DNA of 54,220 nt from Trypethelium eluteriae (lineage: Eukaryota). Under the pieces are notes generated by a model that worked only from the letters and a program-made list of their open reading frames with translations, ran no database searches and had not been told where the DNA came from. Positions 31,065-45,082 of this stretch are shown here, one piece after another. Where the stretch lies: assembly GCA_051942245.1 (NCBI GenBank), contig JAVECL010000099.1, forward strand, positions 1 to 54,220. Direction: 5' to 3'. Made by a program: the position numbers and the translations under genes. Position 1 is the stretch's first letter. The number at the start of each line of letters is the position of its first letter.

Positions 31065-34000
31065 ATGACTTCCGCGGCGGGCGCCGGAGGCTTCTTTAGC
31101 CGGGGAAATTCGGGAAACAATTCGTCAATGAGAGGTAAGGAAGAATCGTCATCCCATGGAGGTCTGAATACTGAAGAAGCGTTCAGGGCTGGTTTCCTTC
31201 ATCGCAGATCTCCGGAATGCCCGCGCGCGCGAATTAGAAGAGAAAAGGATCAACAAGGAATTGGCAAATATACGGTTCGTTTGGTGACCAGTCTTTGGAG
31301 TCATATTGGCTAACCTGGTTGTTTAGGCACAAGTTCAAGGGTTTGCGAATGCTCATCGTGACAAATGACGTAACTACTAATGGTAAACAGATGCTGGTCT
31401 GAACGGGTATCAAAAGAAGAAATATGTTTGCAAGGTACGTCAGAACCGAGCAGACTACTACGGACAATGTTGATTTGTGTAGCTACTTTACATATACATT
31501 CTCGGCTGGAATGTCGATTTTGGTCATCTTGAAGCCGTGAACCTCGTCTCATCGAATAAATACTCGGAAAAGCAAATTGGGTATTTGGCAGTTACTTTGT
31601 TTTTGCATGAAGAACACGAGCTCCTTCACTTGGTCGTGAATAGCATTCGGAAAGATCTTATGGATCACAATGAGCTGTACAACTGTTTGGCTCTACATGC
31701 GATTGCCAACGTCGGAGGCAAGGAGATGGGAGAGGCGCTGAGCCCCGAAGTTCATCGCCTCCTGATATCACCGTGAGTTGTTCTGTCTGATGCGACCTAG
31801 GCCCGGCTATTGACTTGCTTCAGAACATCCAAACCTTTTGTCAAGAAGAAGGCCGCATTGACACTTCTGCGACTATATCGGAAACATTCAAGCATAGTGC
31901 AGCTTGAGTGGGCGGAGCGCATCATATCACTCATGGATGACCCGGACACTGGAGTTGCTCTTTCGGTCACCTCGCTTGTCATGGCTCTCGTGCAAGAACA
32001 CGCGGACCAATATAAGACTAGCTACGTAAAAGCTGCCAGACGACTAAAACGTATCGTGGTTGAGAATGAGTGTCCGCCGGATTACCACTATTACAAGGTA
32101 CCATGTCCATGGTTACAAGTAAAGCTGCTTCGTCTCCTCCAATACTATCCGCCATCGGAGGATAGCCATGTTAGGGGTCTGATTCGTGATGCAATGCAAC
32201 ACATTCTAGACTCTGCTATGGAAATGCCTAAGAATGTGCAGCAGAATAACGCTCAGAATGCCGTTCTCTTCGAGGCCATCAACCTAACCATTCATCTCGA
32301 CACCGAGCATGACCTTATGGTTCAAATATCCACACGTCTCGGTAAATTCATTCAGTCTCGGGAGACCAACGTAAGATACCTCGGACTTGAAGCCATGACG
32401 CATCTAGCGGCACGCGCGGAAACACTGGATCCACTCAAGAAGCATCAGAATATAATACTTGGGTCATTACGAGATCGCGATATCAGTGTTCGGCGCCAGG
32501 GACTAGACCTTCTGTATAGCATGTGCGATCAGACTAACGCCCAACCAATTGTCTCCGAGCTTCTCAAATACTTGCAGTCCGCAGATTATGCGATACGGGA
32601 AGAAATGGTACTCAAAATCGCCATTCTGACCGAGAAGTACGCGACAGATATCCAATGGTATGTCAACATATCACTGCGATTGATCTCTATGGCTGGAGAT
32701 CATGTTAGCGATGAGGTCTGGCAGCGAGTCATCCAGATCGTTACAAATAATGAAGAGCTCCAGGTCTATGCGGCACAAAATATACTGCATTACGTCAAAG
32801 CGGATCACTGCCATGAAACTCTTGTCAAAATTGGGGGTTACTTGTTAGGGGAATTTGGCCATCTGATTGCCGACAACCCCGGATGTAGCCCAATTGAGCA
32901 GTTCATGGCCTTGCAAGCGAAGCTGCAGGGTTGCTCGTCAAGTACGCGTGCCATCCTGCTGTCCTCATTCGTTAAGTTTGTGAACTTGTTCCCTGAAATT
33001 AAGGACCAGCTTCTTCAGGTATTCAGGGCATACAGCTTCACAATGGATCCCGAGCTGCAACAACGAGCTTGCGAGTACCTTGCTCTTGCAACGTTACCGA
33101 CGGATGATCTTCTACGGACCGTCTGCGATGAGATGCCCCCTTTCCCGGAGCGCGCTTCTGCACTGCTATCTCGCTTACATCAAAAACATGCAGGTACCAG
33201 CGACAAGCGGACTTGGGTCATCGGGGGCAAAGACGCAAATATCGACTCGAAAGAGTTTCAATTGGCCCAGCAAAAGACCGGCTTCAAGCGAACGCTTACG
33301 AATGGTGGTCTTGGTACATCCGCCCAGCAAGCGTCCGCCCAAGCCAACGGCACAAACGGCACGAACGGGACCAACGGTATCTCCCACGACCTCGCCGGCC
33401 TAGACATGAACTCCCCCTCCGAAAGCAAGGCGCCGAACCTCGCCAGCGCCGCCCACCTCAGCCCGGACTGGGAGGTCGGGTACAACCGACTGCTCCTCCG
33501 CGCCGAGGGCGTCCTCTACGAAGACGCGCAGGTGCAAGTCGGGCTGCGCTCCGAGTACCGCTCCGAGCGCGGCTGCATCATCCTCTACTTCACCAACAAG
33601 TCCTCCTTCCCCATCGACTCCTTCACCACGACGCTGGACCACCACCGCGCCTCGGCCGAGCAGGTCGCCGTCGACCTCAAGAGCCTGCCGGACACCGCCA
33701 TCCAGCCGGATGCTCAGACTCAGCAGATGATTATGTTTGAGGCTCGCCATGTGTTTGCAGATGCCCCGACGATCCGTGTCTCGTACCTCGCTGGTGCGCT
33801 GCAGGCGCTCACGCTCCAGCTGCCGGTTGTGTTGCATAAGTATATGAGCCCTGCGGAGTTGACCGCGGATGATTTCTTCAAGCGCTGGAAGCAGATTGGG
33901 GGCGCGCCGCGGGAGGCCCAGAAGATTTTTGGGCTGGTGGGCGGGAGTCTTCGGGGGAAGAGCATGGATCCGGAGTTCACGCGGACTACGGTTGCCGGGT

Positions 34001-34276
34001 TCAACTGGGGGATATTGGATGGAGTGGATCCGAATGCGAAGAATCTGGTCGGGGCGACGGTGCTGCATACGCAGGCTGGCAAGTTTGGATGTTTGTTGAG
34101 ATTGGAGCCGAATTATGAGACTATGGTATGTGGCACCTTTTCTATGAATGCTATTTCGAGATTACTGACGAGACATACAGATGTATCGGGTGACGATTCG
34201 AGCGACAGACGAGGGCGTCCCCCCGATTCTGTTGAAGCTGATGGAGGATCGACTTTCCCAAGGCGTTTCTGCATAA
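31065..34276 (+). CDS. APL3: AP-2 adaptor complex alpha subunit (alpha-adaptin)
   Basis: [68 protein letters not shown], then the adaptin trunk, hinge and ear (FFKRWKQIGG, CLLRLEPN/MYRVTIRATDE). Introns 31135-31186, 31275-31326, 31341-31390, 31435-31482, 31773-31823 and 34126-34180. Confidence 0.96.
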
Positions 34277-34604
34277 GCATGTTTGTCGTGCAGATACCAC
34301 ATTTCTTTTTCCTCCATGTTCAAGGCGTGAGATTGGCTTGATTCACGCGTGATGGCGTTGAATTCAGACCGGGCTACTATCAATGCATATCGTTCCTACA
34401 CACTACAAAAGATGCGGTCTTCAGCAGACGCAAGGAAACTCGGGCAGACATCTCTGTGTACATATTTGCATTTAGGCGTACATCTGTCCCTGGCCCACCT
34501 GCTCCAACCTGACAAGCATGCCGCCCAACGTTAGACAGCATTTTGCCTTTCCCTCTTCGCTCCCGTCTACCTGTAACCGGCCCATCTACCCCTTCACTCA
34601 ATCC

Positions 34605-35689
34605 TTACCCTTTCTCCCCCTCCACATCCTCCTTAACCTTCGCATCCTTCTTCGCCGGCCTCTCCCCAAAAATCGTCGTCCCCACCCTCACCTCATCACT
34701 TCCCAGCGCAATCGCCCCCTCGAAATCCCCACTCATACCCATACTCAGCTCCAGCTCCTTGGCCTCCAAGCCCAGCTCTCTCACAACTGTATCCTGCACC
34801 TCTCTCAGCGCCACAAAATCCTCATTCTCAGTCTCGGGCGTGGTAGCCTGGGACCGCGCGATCGCGCCGATGGTCATGAGACCCCGAACGCGAAGGTACG
34901 GACAGGAGGCGCGGATCTCGCGGATGAGATTCGCGGCATCGCGGGGAGCGACTCCCGATTTGGAGTCCTCGCCGGAGGTGTTGACCTGGACAAGGATGCG
35001 GAGCTTGGCGTCTTCTGCGGTAGATTCTTCGGCGCCATTTGTGGATGAGGGGGGCTGATTTGCTTGTTGCTTTTCGTCGGTGGTATGGGGTTGCTGATCC
35101 GCTGTCTTTTGCGAGGAGAGGAGGCGGCGGCCTTCGTTGAGGAGAGAGGCTTTCTTAATGGTGTCGACGCTGCTGACACAGTAGAGGTTTGGGATGGATT
35201 GGGCGAGGGATTTGCATTTGTTGCTTTGGAGGGCGCCGATGAAGTGCCAATTGATGGTGTGAGGGAGCAAAGAGGCCTTTTCCGTGAGTTCTTGGGCGTA
35301 GTTCTCACCGAAGTGGAAGTGCGAATCGAGATTAGAGGCGGAGGAAGGTGGACGATGGAGGGCGAGGATGTCAGTGACGGGTTTGAGTTTGGAAACAGCT
35401 ATGAGGCGGACCTATGAGGCGAGACCCAGTTAGCAATTGAGATGTCTGAGAAGAGAGCTCTACTAGTATATCATGGCCTTGGCAATGTCATCTCCACGAA
35501 GGGATGGTGAGGATAAAGTGAGATATAGGTTAAAAGCTGTCAACATACAGGTCTCCGACCCGTTCGGCCGCCACTCGCACCCTGTATCCGCTGTTTCACG
35601 CCATGAAGGTTTTCGAGGAGCTGCGCAGCTCGTTGAGGATCCACCCGCATACCCTGGTCGTCGTTGTCGTTGGACTCCATGTCTGCCAT
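34605..35689 (-). CDS. PLPBP: Pyridoxal phosphate homeostasis protein (YggS/PROSC/YBL036C family)
   Basis: Exon 1 MADMES..LLENL..VKQRI; intron 35412-35548; then VRLIAVSKLKP (PLP lysine), FGENYAQEL, WHFIGALQSNK, VQVNTSGEDSKSG, GLMTIG, LSMGMSGDFEGAI and VRVGTTIFGER. Confidence 0.93.
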
Positions 35690-36241
35690 GGTATCCAGAA
35701 CGGGACGAAGAGCGTTTACCCGCACATGTGGGCCCGAGCCCGATCCCGAAATGCGGACCGGCCCGAATCGGATCCATATGGGTTTCGTGAGGTCGAGTCA
35801 TGCTACGAGATCGTAATAAATTAATTAAAAGAATTTATGGAATACCTCACATTTGATGCGCTGAATGGCATTGCAAGGTTTGATGTGTGCAGCTACTTCA
35901 TGAGGTATTGATTCGGCATATCGCTCTGATGCATGTACATATTTACATACCGAACTTACAGCATCCTAGAATTTCGACCTTTCATGGTGAAATGCTGAGA
36001 GCCTCCTCTTGACTAAAACCTCGGCCATAGCTGTCTTGTCCTCCATCTAGACTTATGAATGTCCTCAATATCAAACAAATTTTCCAACTATAACGCCTTG
36101 GGAGGGTAAGGTCCCCGACATGCCCGTCTCCTCAACACGGCGGTACTGTTGTTCGCTAATAGAGAAGCATCTGCTCTGAGATGCTGATGTGGGTATCTGA
36201 AATTCCAAGATGATGCGCGCTTCGTGACATGTCGTGATCTT

Positions 36242-37893
36242 TCACACCTTCTTTCGAAGGGTCCAATTGCTTCGGATCATCCGCGAGATAAAAATTAACA
36301 CATTTCCTGTCATTGTGGTCAGCCCCCCGAAGACCCACACATATTTCCACCCGGCTGCATTCAAAATCCAGCCACAGGCTGGAGTGCCTACGACAACACC
36401 GATGCTGATAATGGTGAATCCCATACCCATGCGTGTCCCGACCATTCCTCTATTTGGAGCCAGCAAAACAAAGATGGTAGGTGGTATAGAGACGAATGTT
36501 CCCGAAAAGAACCCGTAGAGAAGAGTGATGACGATGATGCCCCCGGTATTGTGTGTGCCAACAAGACAAAATTGTAAGACGCTTGTCATGATCCCGCAAG
36601 GGATGAGCATATTATATGGACCGAATTTGTCAGCAAGGATATTAGGAAGGGCTCGGCCGAAGACACTAGTAGAGTTGAGAATGGATAAAAGATAAAACGC
36701 AAGGTTTGGCCCCATGATGCCGGTGCTGATGGAGTAACTGGAAATGTAGAAGAAGGGGGCATAGAGTCCGCAGAAGCCAAAGAAGCCTCCCAAGACCCAA
36801 ATGACGTACGCCGGTTCCTTGAAAGCAGACCAGTCCACGATCTTACGTTTGTGTGCAGGGAGGACCCGAACTTTCATAAAGACGTTGGATGGGGCAAGGG
36901 TTACAAGCATCATGAAGCCCAGGACACGAGTTGACCAACCGAAGCCGATCCTTGGTAAGAGACGGTAGAGGACTATTGGGTATATGACACCACCTAGAAG
37001 AGAGGACAAAGGTCAGAAGGTACACGATAGTAGACAAGGTAGGCATCGGGATACTTACCGAAACTGCTGCCAACAGCAGCAATGCCCATAGCAGTCGCGA
37101 TCTTGGAGTTGAAGTACTGGGAAATGATGGCAACGCTCGGCACAAAGAGGCAGCCTGCGCCTATACCGACGCAAAAAGCTTGGGCAAGAAGCACCTGGTA
37201 GTATTCCTTGCAGAGCGAAAGCATCATTTGGCCGAACACGACAAGAAAAGATCCCACTGCAACAAGGGTCTTGAAGTATCCAGCGTCATATATTGGGCCA
37301 GTCAATGCGCCAACGAAGAGCAGCAGCGCTGCTTGAACCGAGCCAATCCATGCAATGTCGGATGGAGTCGAACTCGAGAGGAGGCCGGTCTCATAGTAAG
37401 TTTGATATACGCCAAACGTGTTTATTAGTCCCCTTTGGATTGATTAGCAATTGTTTTATCAAGGGTTCCAGGTACTCGACTGCCTAAGCTGGCACAAGGT
37501 AGGCTCGGGGAGTCCAATTGACTTGGGTCGAGAAGCAGATGTCTCGGTATCATCCCGTTGAACAACGTTATTGAAGGCATAGGTGGACACGTACCATGAG
37601 TTGAAAAATAGAAAGAATGCCCCCATCACTTGTAACCAGGCCTGCAGTCCGCCATTGGGTATTGATCTTAAGCTGTGCACTGAAGGTTTGGCTGAAACCT
37701 GTGTAGCTTGCTTGTCAACCTGCCCACCGTCTTCACTCAGTCCGGTCTCCTTCTGTCGGGCATGCTGCTCGAGGTCTTCCTGCACGGGACCCGCATTGAC
37801 GAAATCGTTGATAGCCTCCTGCCGCAGATCTTTCTCGATGTCACCGTCCTCGGACTGTGAGCCATTGGCGTGCTGGGTGTCGGATTCAGTCAT
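36242..37893 (-). CDS. MFS transporter, monocarboxylate permease (Mch/MCT)-like
   Basis: PNGGLQAWLQVMGAFFLFFNSW/GLINTFGVYQTYY, IAWIGSVQ, SQYFNSKIATAMGIAAVGSSFGG and GTRMGMGF. Introns 37433-37594 and 36994-37058. Confidence 0.92.
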
Positions 37894-39969
37894 GATGAGT
37901 GTGGGAGCACGACAGGCGAGTCGAGAGGCGGTCAATAACAGCGAAAGCAATACTCCGTAAATTAGTCTTATTTCCGGCAGAGCGGGGATTAATTGATCAG
38001 GGTCTGTGTTGCGGGAAAACGTCAATTAGAGTGGCACGAGCGGAACGAATTGGCTCGAAGCCTGGAGGAGATGGTAGCAGTCGCACACAACATGGAGGAG
38101 AGAAGGCACAGAGCGGTCCTTGAGAGCGGTGCGAGGCTGCGTATGGACGAGGGTGCGAGGGTGCGTGGTAGTGGGTACGTGGGTTGTAGCTTGGCTTTGC
38201 CGCACCCTGGCGTGCATGGTAAAATGGTGGCACAGGTGGTTTTGCAGCATCACTGCCGGTTGTATTAGGAAGGAAGATGGGATGTGCCTTCCTGGCGCCA
38301 TTATTCTGCTAGTGCAGCTGCCGCATCCCTGCCAGTGCCGATGAGTGCCAATGAGGGGGCCGCTCCGTTGCCGCCTGGTCGTGTGTGTCTCGCTCTCAAA
38401 CATAGCCACCGAACACGGAGTAATACTCCTTTCGACCTTTGCAATTGTTGTCCTTCTCATGTACCTTCCCTCCCATTCCCCCATCAATCTCATGCTACCG
38501 GGCCATGGCTCACGCCACTCCCGTCTGTGCGACATGTTCTCCCGGCCCGCCTAGCGGAACTCCTTCGAGAGGCTGATTCCCGCCCGACACCGCGTCGGTT
38601 TCGGTAAACTACTCCATTTTCCCTTCGGCTATACTTGTTGTCTTGAGTAATGATCGGAGAGGATCGGCTGGCGTTTAGCTATCTCTGTCGCTTTCTCGTA
38701 CTTGCGCCCAACTCTTTAATAACAATGTATCGAATTGGATGCTACCTCAGTTTGATATGCAAAGGGCTACCCCGTACATAAGGTAGCCAGCTCTCTCAGC
38801 CGTAATTCGTCTTTGATATTCTGGGACGATCATTCATTTTCCTTTTTCTAGAGGCTTGGGTGGGACTGCATCTCTCTCTTTTCTAGCCCCGTGTTTCTCA
38901 TGCCTGCTTTAGACCTCGGCGAATGGTAGAAGTCTAGGTCCCATTATATAACCAGAACCCTCGAGTAGAGCGCGCTATTGGTGACTGAAGTGTACCCCCA
39001 GACCGGATTTCTTGAGCCCATTTATATCGCCGTCATTTCCATCCTATTTTTCAATTGAATTCGTGCGAAATGTGAACGAACCTACGGAGGTACGCCCCAT
39101 CATTATCGTGAAAGAGACGTCAATGGCTTGTTCCTTCCCCATTTGGATGCCAAGTCGAGAAGACCTTTTATGATTCGGTCCAACATTAACTCGGAAATAC
39201 ATTGAAAGCCGAATGATCCGGGTATAACCGCAACGAGATCAAGATACGAGGAGGTGGAGCGATCAGCAGCCCGAGACCGGCAAACTCCGAATCTACCATC
39301 TTCTTGTGAAACCTTCCTCTTGTCATTCCCTCAGCATGGCATTCGCACCAGTCCATTGGATCATCTGTCCAGCCGAGGTGTAATTTCTTACAATTGCATA
39401 CGCTGCTGAATGTTAATCTCAGGTCCTGTGACAGAAGTCCGGTGCTGGCTAGACATTGGGGTAAACCTTATACGCACAACTCATGAGAGCCCCGAAAGAG
39501 GTTTGATCGTATGCCAAAACTTGGTAGCAGCATACGCAGTCATGCGCAGGCATACATTAATGCACTTCGGAAGGAAGCGATACTCTCTGATACTCACTAG
39601 CGGTCATTGGAAGCTTTTAGCATTTTGCAACTACCTGCGTAATGTATACAGGGACAGCTTAGACGCATTACTGCAGCCATGCTCGCCCATTAGTACCAGC
39701 TAGATACTGTGTCCCTCCATATCCAGACCACTAGACAATGCTTCAGCCTAGATCCAGACCCGTCGCCGTCGTCATTGCAGGGAATTGAGAGCCGTTCATG
39801 GAACACAGAGTGCCCAACTTCTCAACGCCATGCGCTCGCTATGCAGAAGACCAGATTAAATTACCGAAAGTGGGAAGATATACAGATCACGCGCCACCTG
39901 CTCCTTTTTTTTCGGTCAATAGAAACGCATCATCGACCTCGCGTCCTCGAGCCTCACCAACCTTCCACT

Positions 39970-42371
39970 CTATGACTTGCTTGATGTCCCGGACACTGGC
40001 GTATCCATCCCCTTTCGATGCCGTGCAATCCGAAATCCCGACTGATGCTGCTTGCTCGGCTCCACGCTCTCCTCCCACCGGGCATTCCGCGCGAGCGCGT
40101 CATCCGCCACCATGACACGACTGCGAAGGACGCGGCTGCGGCGACTCTCGCGCTCGTCGATGACGGCCCTCATTATGTCGACGACCTTTGGCCAGCCGAG
40201 CCGGCCGCCAAGGACGTAGTGCTCGAGGAAGACCTTCAGGACCGGGAAGGGTAGACTGATGAGGATGGAGGATAAGGTGGCGGCAGCCCGCACGGACTGC
40301 AGCGCAACATCTTCCACCGGCACTTCGCCGAACTGGATCTTGCTGAGGCGCGCGTTGGAGGTGGAGGGGCGCGATTCAACGACGGCGGGGAGACGGGGGG
40401 TTTCCTTGAGCTGTGCGGCGGTGGCGTCGAAGATGAAGTCTTGGGGAAAGTGGGAGACAAGGAACTCAACAATGCTCTGGAGGAGTCGAGTAGCGTAGAT
40501 GCCAAATGTCGGAGGCGCCTGGGATGGTTCAAGCCGGCTTGACGAATCCTCGCTGGACGAGACGCTGTCGCGATCTTCGGGGCTGTCATCGGTCTTCCAG
40601 TTGGCACCGAGACCACCGTCGAGACTGAAGGATAATGCCTTCTCCACTGTCTCCCAATGTAGGATTCTAATGGCGATATCAATGCCCCGAGCGGTCACAC
40701 TGTCTACTTGAAGAAAGTGACCGCTTGCGGCGTAGGCAAGAGCGTAGTCGAGGTGCTGTTCTAATATGTCTGATCTTTCTATCTCGGCTCCAGCTGGGTT
40801 TGGCGTGGGTCCCGATGGGAAGCGATTGGGATCGACCAGAGGTGCGCCATACAGATACCTCAGTGCATCCGAAAACCCAAAGCCGTCGATGAAACGATCT
40901 GAGATTGATACAGGGAGTACCTTAGATTCTCCGTCCTCGCTGTGCGCAAAATTTCCCGAAGACCTGATAACGTGTGCCATTGTTGGACTGCGCGAAATGA
41001 CGACTCCGTGCACAGGAAGTATCAGAGGTGGAAATCGGTCGTGAATTTGTACCAAATTCAGAACGTAGTCCGCGAAATCGCCGTTCCCAAATTGAGCGAA
41101 TAGATAGTCACGCAAAGCGATCGAAGCGTGCTCTTCAACATTGGTAGGCACAACTTGTTGACCTTGCGTCGGAAGTCGAAATGGATCATGGCGGATGTCT
41201 GGTCTGGAATTGTTCGTTTCGACTTCGCCAGTGCCATTGAAAGGGTTTTCAACTCCCAAAGTTGGCTCGGGTGAAATGCGAGGTTGCTCGCGCTCCTGGG
41301 TCCTGGAAGAAATAGCTGAGCCTGTGCGAGAGATTGACCGAGTTACATCCGGAAACGGCGTGCGCCCATCGACCAAACGTCCATCCCTACTTGCCATAGG
41401 ATACGGCCCTTGTTTCCCGTGTTGCACCCATTGAAGTGAGGTTGCTGGATACAGCGGTGGCGGTGGAGGGAACATAGAACGTCCGAAAATATTTGGAGGG
41501 CCGTACGGATTCATATTTGCCGGGTGCGGATATGCTGCATAAGGATGGGGTTCGGATAGGTGATGAGAGTGATTTGGAGGGGCGAAGAGAGGCGGAAGTA
41601 GATCACCCTGTGCAAGGTTCGGGAGAGGAGGAGGAGGATAGGGGATATGACCGGATGGCACTGGAGGTGCTGGAGAGGAGCTGCTTGAATCAGCGTAGCC
41701 GCCGAAGACAATGCCATTCGCGCTTGATTGAGTCTGGTACGAAGACCCATTAAATGATGCATTCGAACCGTGTAGTGCTCTAGAGAAATTGGATGAAACC
41801 GCAGATACGGGGGTCGAATGGTCGCCAGATGGATAGAAGGGTGGAGGGAGATCCTGAGTTGGAATTTGACTGAGTCGTGCTGATTGTGGCGGTTCAAAGT
41901 GCGTATCGGAGCTCATATCTGTAAGGGTATGCTCTAAGCTTTAAGTTCGGAAAAAAAGCTTTTACAATCTGACAAGTAAAAATATCTGAATCGACACTTA
42001 CTGGCTTGTTGCGATATTGGTTGCTGCTCGACGAGATCGTCTTTCAGTGCATTTCCATTCCCAGTTCCTCTAGTAATTGCCTGAGGATCATAAGCAGTAT
42101 CAGGCGACTTGGATGCAGCTTGTTCTCCTGTGCTTGCCGAACTCCTCAACGTTGGGGCTTGGTGCCCGTTGCTTCCATGTTCTTGATGAGCAGTAGACTG
42201 CGGTGGAAAGCTCGCATTGGAGGGAGGACCGTTTGCTGGTTTCTTCTTTGGAGGCGAGCGACCTAAGCCCAGAGGTATAACGGGGACAATTCGCTGGCCA
42301 CTGCCAGACATTGGCTTGGCTCTGGGATTGGAAGGCCGAGATGACTCCGCAGTGGCAGTGGATGCCATCAT
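39970..42371 (-). CDS. Pro-rich fungal protein with a BTB/POZ-like domain
   Basis: Exon 1 (MMASTATAES..RIVPVIPL) joins the 648-aa ORF through intron 41919-42001. The segment LFAQFGNGDFADYVL..LPVHGVVISRSPTM..FSDALRYLYG resembles a BTB fold. Confidence 0.75.
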
Positions 42372-42857
42372 GAGGGTGCGCACGGAGTGAGTTCGAGAGA
42401 AGCCAAAGTAAGGGCCAGCGACTCCAAGATAATGACTGCAAACGGCATGTGTCAATTATCCTGGAGCGCCCAGGCCGTGGTTGAAGTCCACGGGAGCAGA
42501 GGATGCGGTGGTGATCCGGGGGCTGGTGCTAAAGCTTTACTCCGTGCATCTTACTTACTGCTCACTCAGCCGGGGTCAAGCTAAATTAGGCCGACCCGAT
42601 TTTACGTCACCGTGCCTTTATACTAAGGTACCCTCACCCTCACTTAGGGACGGCTACAGTACATTTGGGTGACCCTCGATTTCATAAAAAAATTTCAGAT
42701 CCTGTCTGAATTTGGAGTCGATAAAGTTTTAGACCAGACGCCAAATCTACTCAACCAGCCTTTGGCCGAGCAAATCCCCTATTCAATATACCTTCCATGA
42801 CTGGGTATCGATATATCTTCAGCATGACCAATTAAAGCTTTGAATATTCATCAAACC

Positions 42858-44551
42858 CTATTCCTTCCCTATTGCCGGCTTCAGATCCTCGTACAGCTCT
42901 GAACCCTCAGCACAATCTTCTAAGGCCTGTAACCCATAGGATGAAGTAGAAGTTGGACCTTCAACTTTGGTCGATGGTCCCTCACTATCCTCCTCTGGCC
43001 AAGCAATTGTATATCGAAAATCGAATGAACCTTTCTCTACCTTGATATTCTCATTTTCCACTTTGATGCAAGCAAGTGCAAAGGTAGCTGCTTCCTTTCC
43101 CTTCCCGATAGGTGAACAGGAATCATAGGAATCTCCAACCACCTTAGTGTCCCACACTTCTCTGTTGACTTCTTCACCATTAGAAGTAGAACGAGAATGA
43201 CTGCAGGAGCTTAAATCTGAGGAAACCATCGATTGAATTTCGCTGTCTCTTGACGTTGCCTCAAGTTTGATTGGAACTCTCTGTCCAGCAGCAACCGGCG
43301 GTTGTTCTACGTCCGCGGGTTGTGCCGCTTTCGGCACTTGCAACGATTGACGCAATTTGCTAGCATCGACATTCTCGTCGTGCTTTCTCCTGTGATGCCG
43401 AAGAAGGTTGTCGAATCGACTATACCCGGTGTCTGACGGACAGCCACATACAAGGCAAGGAAAGAGATGCGTCGGGGATTTACTGCGATGGCAGCTTTTG
43501 ATGTGACGATTTAGGTCCTTTTTGAAGTAGAAACCCTTCTCGCCCCACGCACAGCCATCGATTGGACATTTGTGGGGGCAAGTGTGACGCTTGAAGTGTC
43601 GACTACCAAGTGTCAGTTCATCGGTTTCAAGTTAAGGCCAACGTATGGGAACTATGACTTACTTTAATTGATGCTTGAGGGAGAACTGCTGCCCGCATAC
43701 TTTGCAAAGAATGACTGGACGCTCTCTCTTACGTCTATTTTGCTTGGCCGAAGCCGTCTTGCGCTTGGCACCCGCCCTTGTTCTCGATTTTGTGGGCTTC
43801 ACCTGAACCACTTCGCTGCATGGCGTTCCTGTACTGATGCTATCGAGTGGAAGTTTCAAGGAAGATATGAAGCTGGTCCATTCCTCTGCTGTCCAAGGGA
43901 GCTCGTCGCATAACTTTTCGGAGTTTTCCGAAGACTTATTTTCTGTGATATCTAGAGTAGTGTTGTTCAAGAGGTTGACTATAGCTCCACCTAGAATTTT
44001 GAAACTCTCAGATCCTTTTGGTGGTGTCTCTGACTTCGCAACTAATCGGACCTTCACATGAATTAGTACTGCCAACGGTGACCAAATGGCGTACAATAGC
44101 TTACATGGTTCTGCGCTGACGATAGATTCGGCAAAATGGAGAACAACTCGTCGTTGGTGGTTATATTTTTGGGCGGACACAAAAGTTCGTTTTGGTCGAA
44201 GTATTCGGTGGGATTGCCATACTGACCTTGACTATCGTCCCGCTGCCACTCATTGACAGGCTGTGGCGATAGTTGATTTGTGTCCTTGCCGTCAATGTCC
44301 ACAAGTCTGTTATTGTCGAAATGAAAGGCATCTGTTGACTCAAATGGCGAGTCTTTCAAAACAGCATTTTGCAAAGAATTAAGGTAGGACGAATCAGACT
44401 CGCTGAAATTATCAGCAAGTTGAAAACTATCAGTTGGCACTGACCACAGAGTTTCCGAATTGTTGGTAAGATCTTCCGATTCGTTTATAGTGGTAAATTC
44501 GTCTATACATTCTCTGAATGTCGCATCCAGCGGTTTCGCGAAACGATCCAT
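42858..44551 (-). CDS. C2H2 zinc-finger transcription factor (three fingers)
   Basis: Introns 44052-44104 and 43603-43662. The spliced fingers are CKVCGQQFSLKHQLNRHFKRH, CPIDGC..GFYFKKDLNRHIKSCH and CLVCGC..GYSRFDNLLRHHRRKH. A basic NLS precedes them and the N-terminus is acidic. Confidence 0.82.
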
Positions 44552-45082
44552 GTCTCTCAAATATATCTCGTTTGTCGATTACGTCGATATATGAGATTTA
44601 GTATGATTGATTTCTTCTTATGTGAGAACTGGAAGACTTTTGAAACTGGTGAGTCACATCAGATGCCTTGAAGCAGGAGCTCTTGAAACTCAACGTAGTC
44701 TTGGGCAATGGCGCTGAGGTCTCTGGTACCTCCTGCTTAGGCTAAAACGATCCTATAGAGCTTCTATGTCAGGCCAAAAGAGATTTCTGAAAGGGTTGTT
44801 GAACGCAAGATGAACTTGCATAACGTATTAGTGCAACAGTGGCCCATTTGTAGTTGTGGTGGGAAGGCTGCATGACCATAACCTTGTCCGGACACTGAGG
44901 TTGACGAAGTGAAAAACAGGAAACGGAAAACCAGAAGACCGGAATTCGACAAAAGGATCTACAGAATAGAGACTTTCAGACGCTAGACCCTGACATTGCT
45001 CTTTGTTGCGGATCTACATCATCAGGTACCTAGAGGCACAAGGCAGAGGACAGAAAAGGAGCATAATATGCAAGTGGACGAA

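Noticed and set aside
33343..33378. NGT tripeptide repeat in AP-2 alpha
   Set aside because: Ordinary low-complexity sequence in the disordered adaptin hinge.
37990..38610. Cluster of overlapping ORFs, one with a hydrophobic stretch (GVILLSTFAIVVLLMYLP)
   Set aside because: Short, with no supporting exons, and located in the MFS promoter region; most likely chance.
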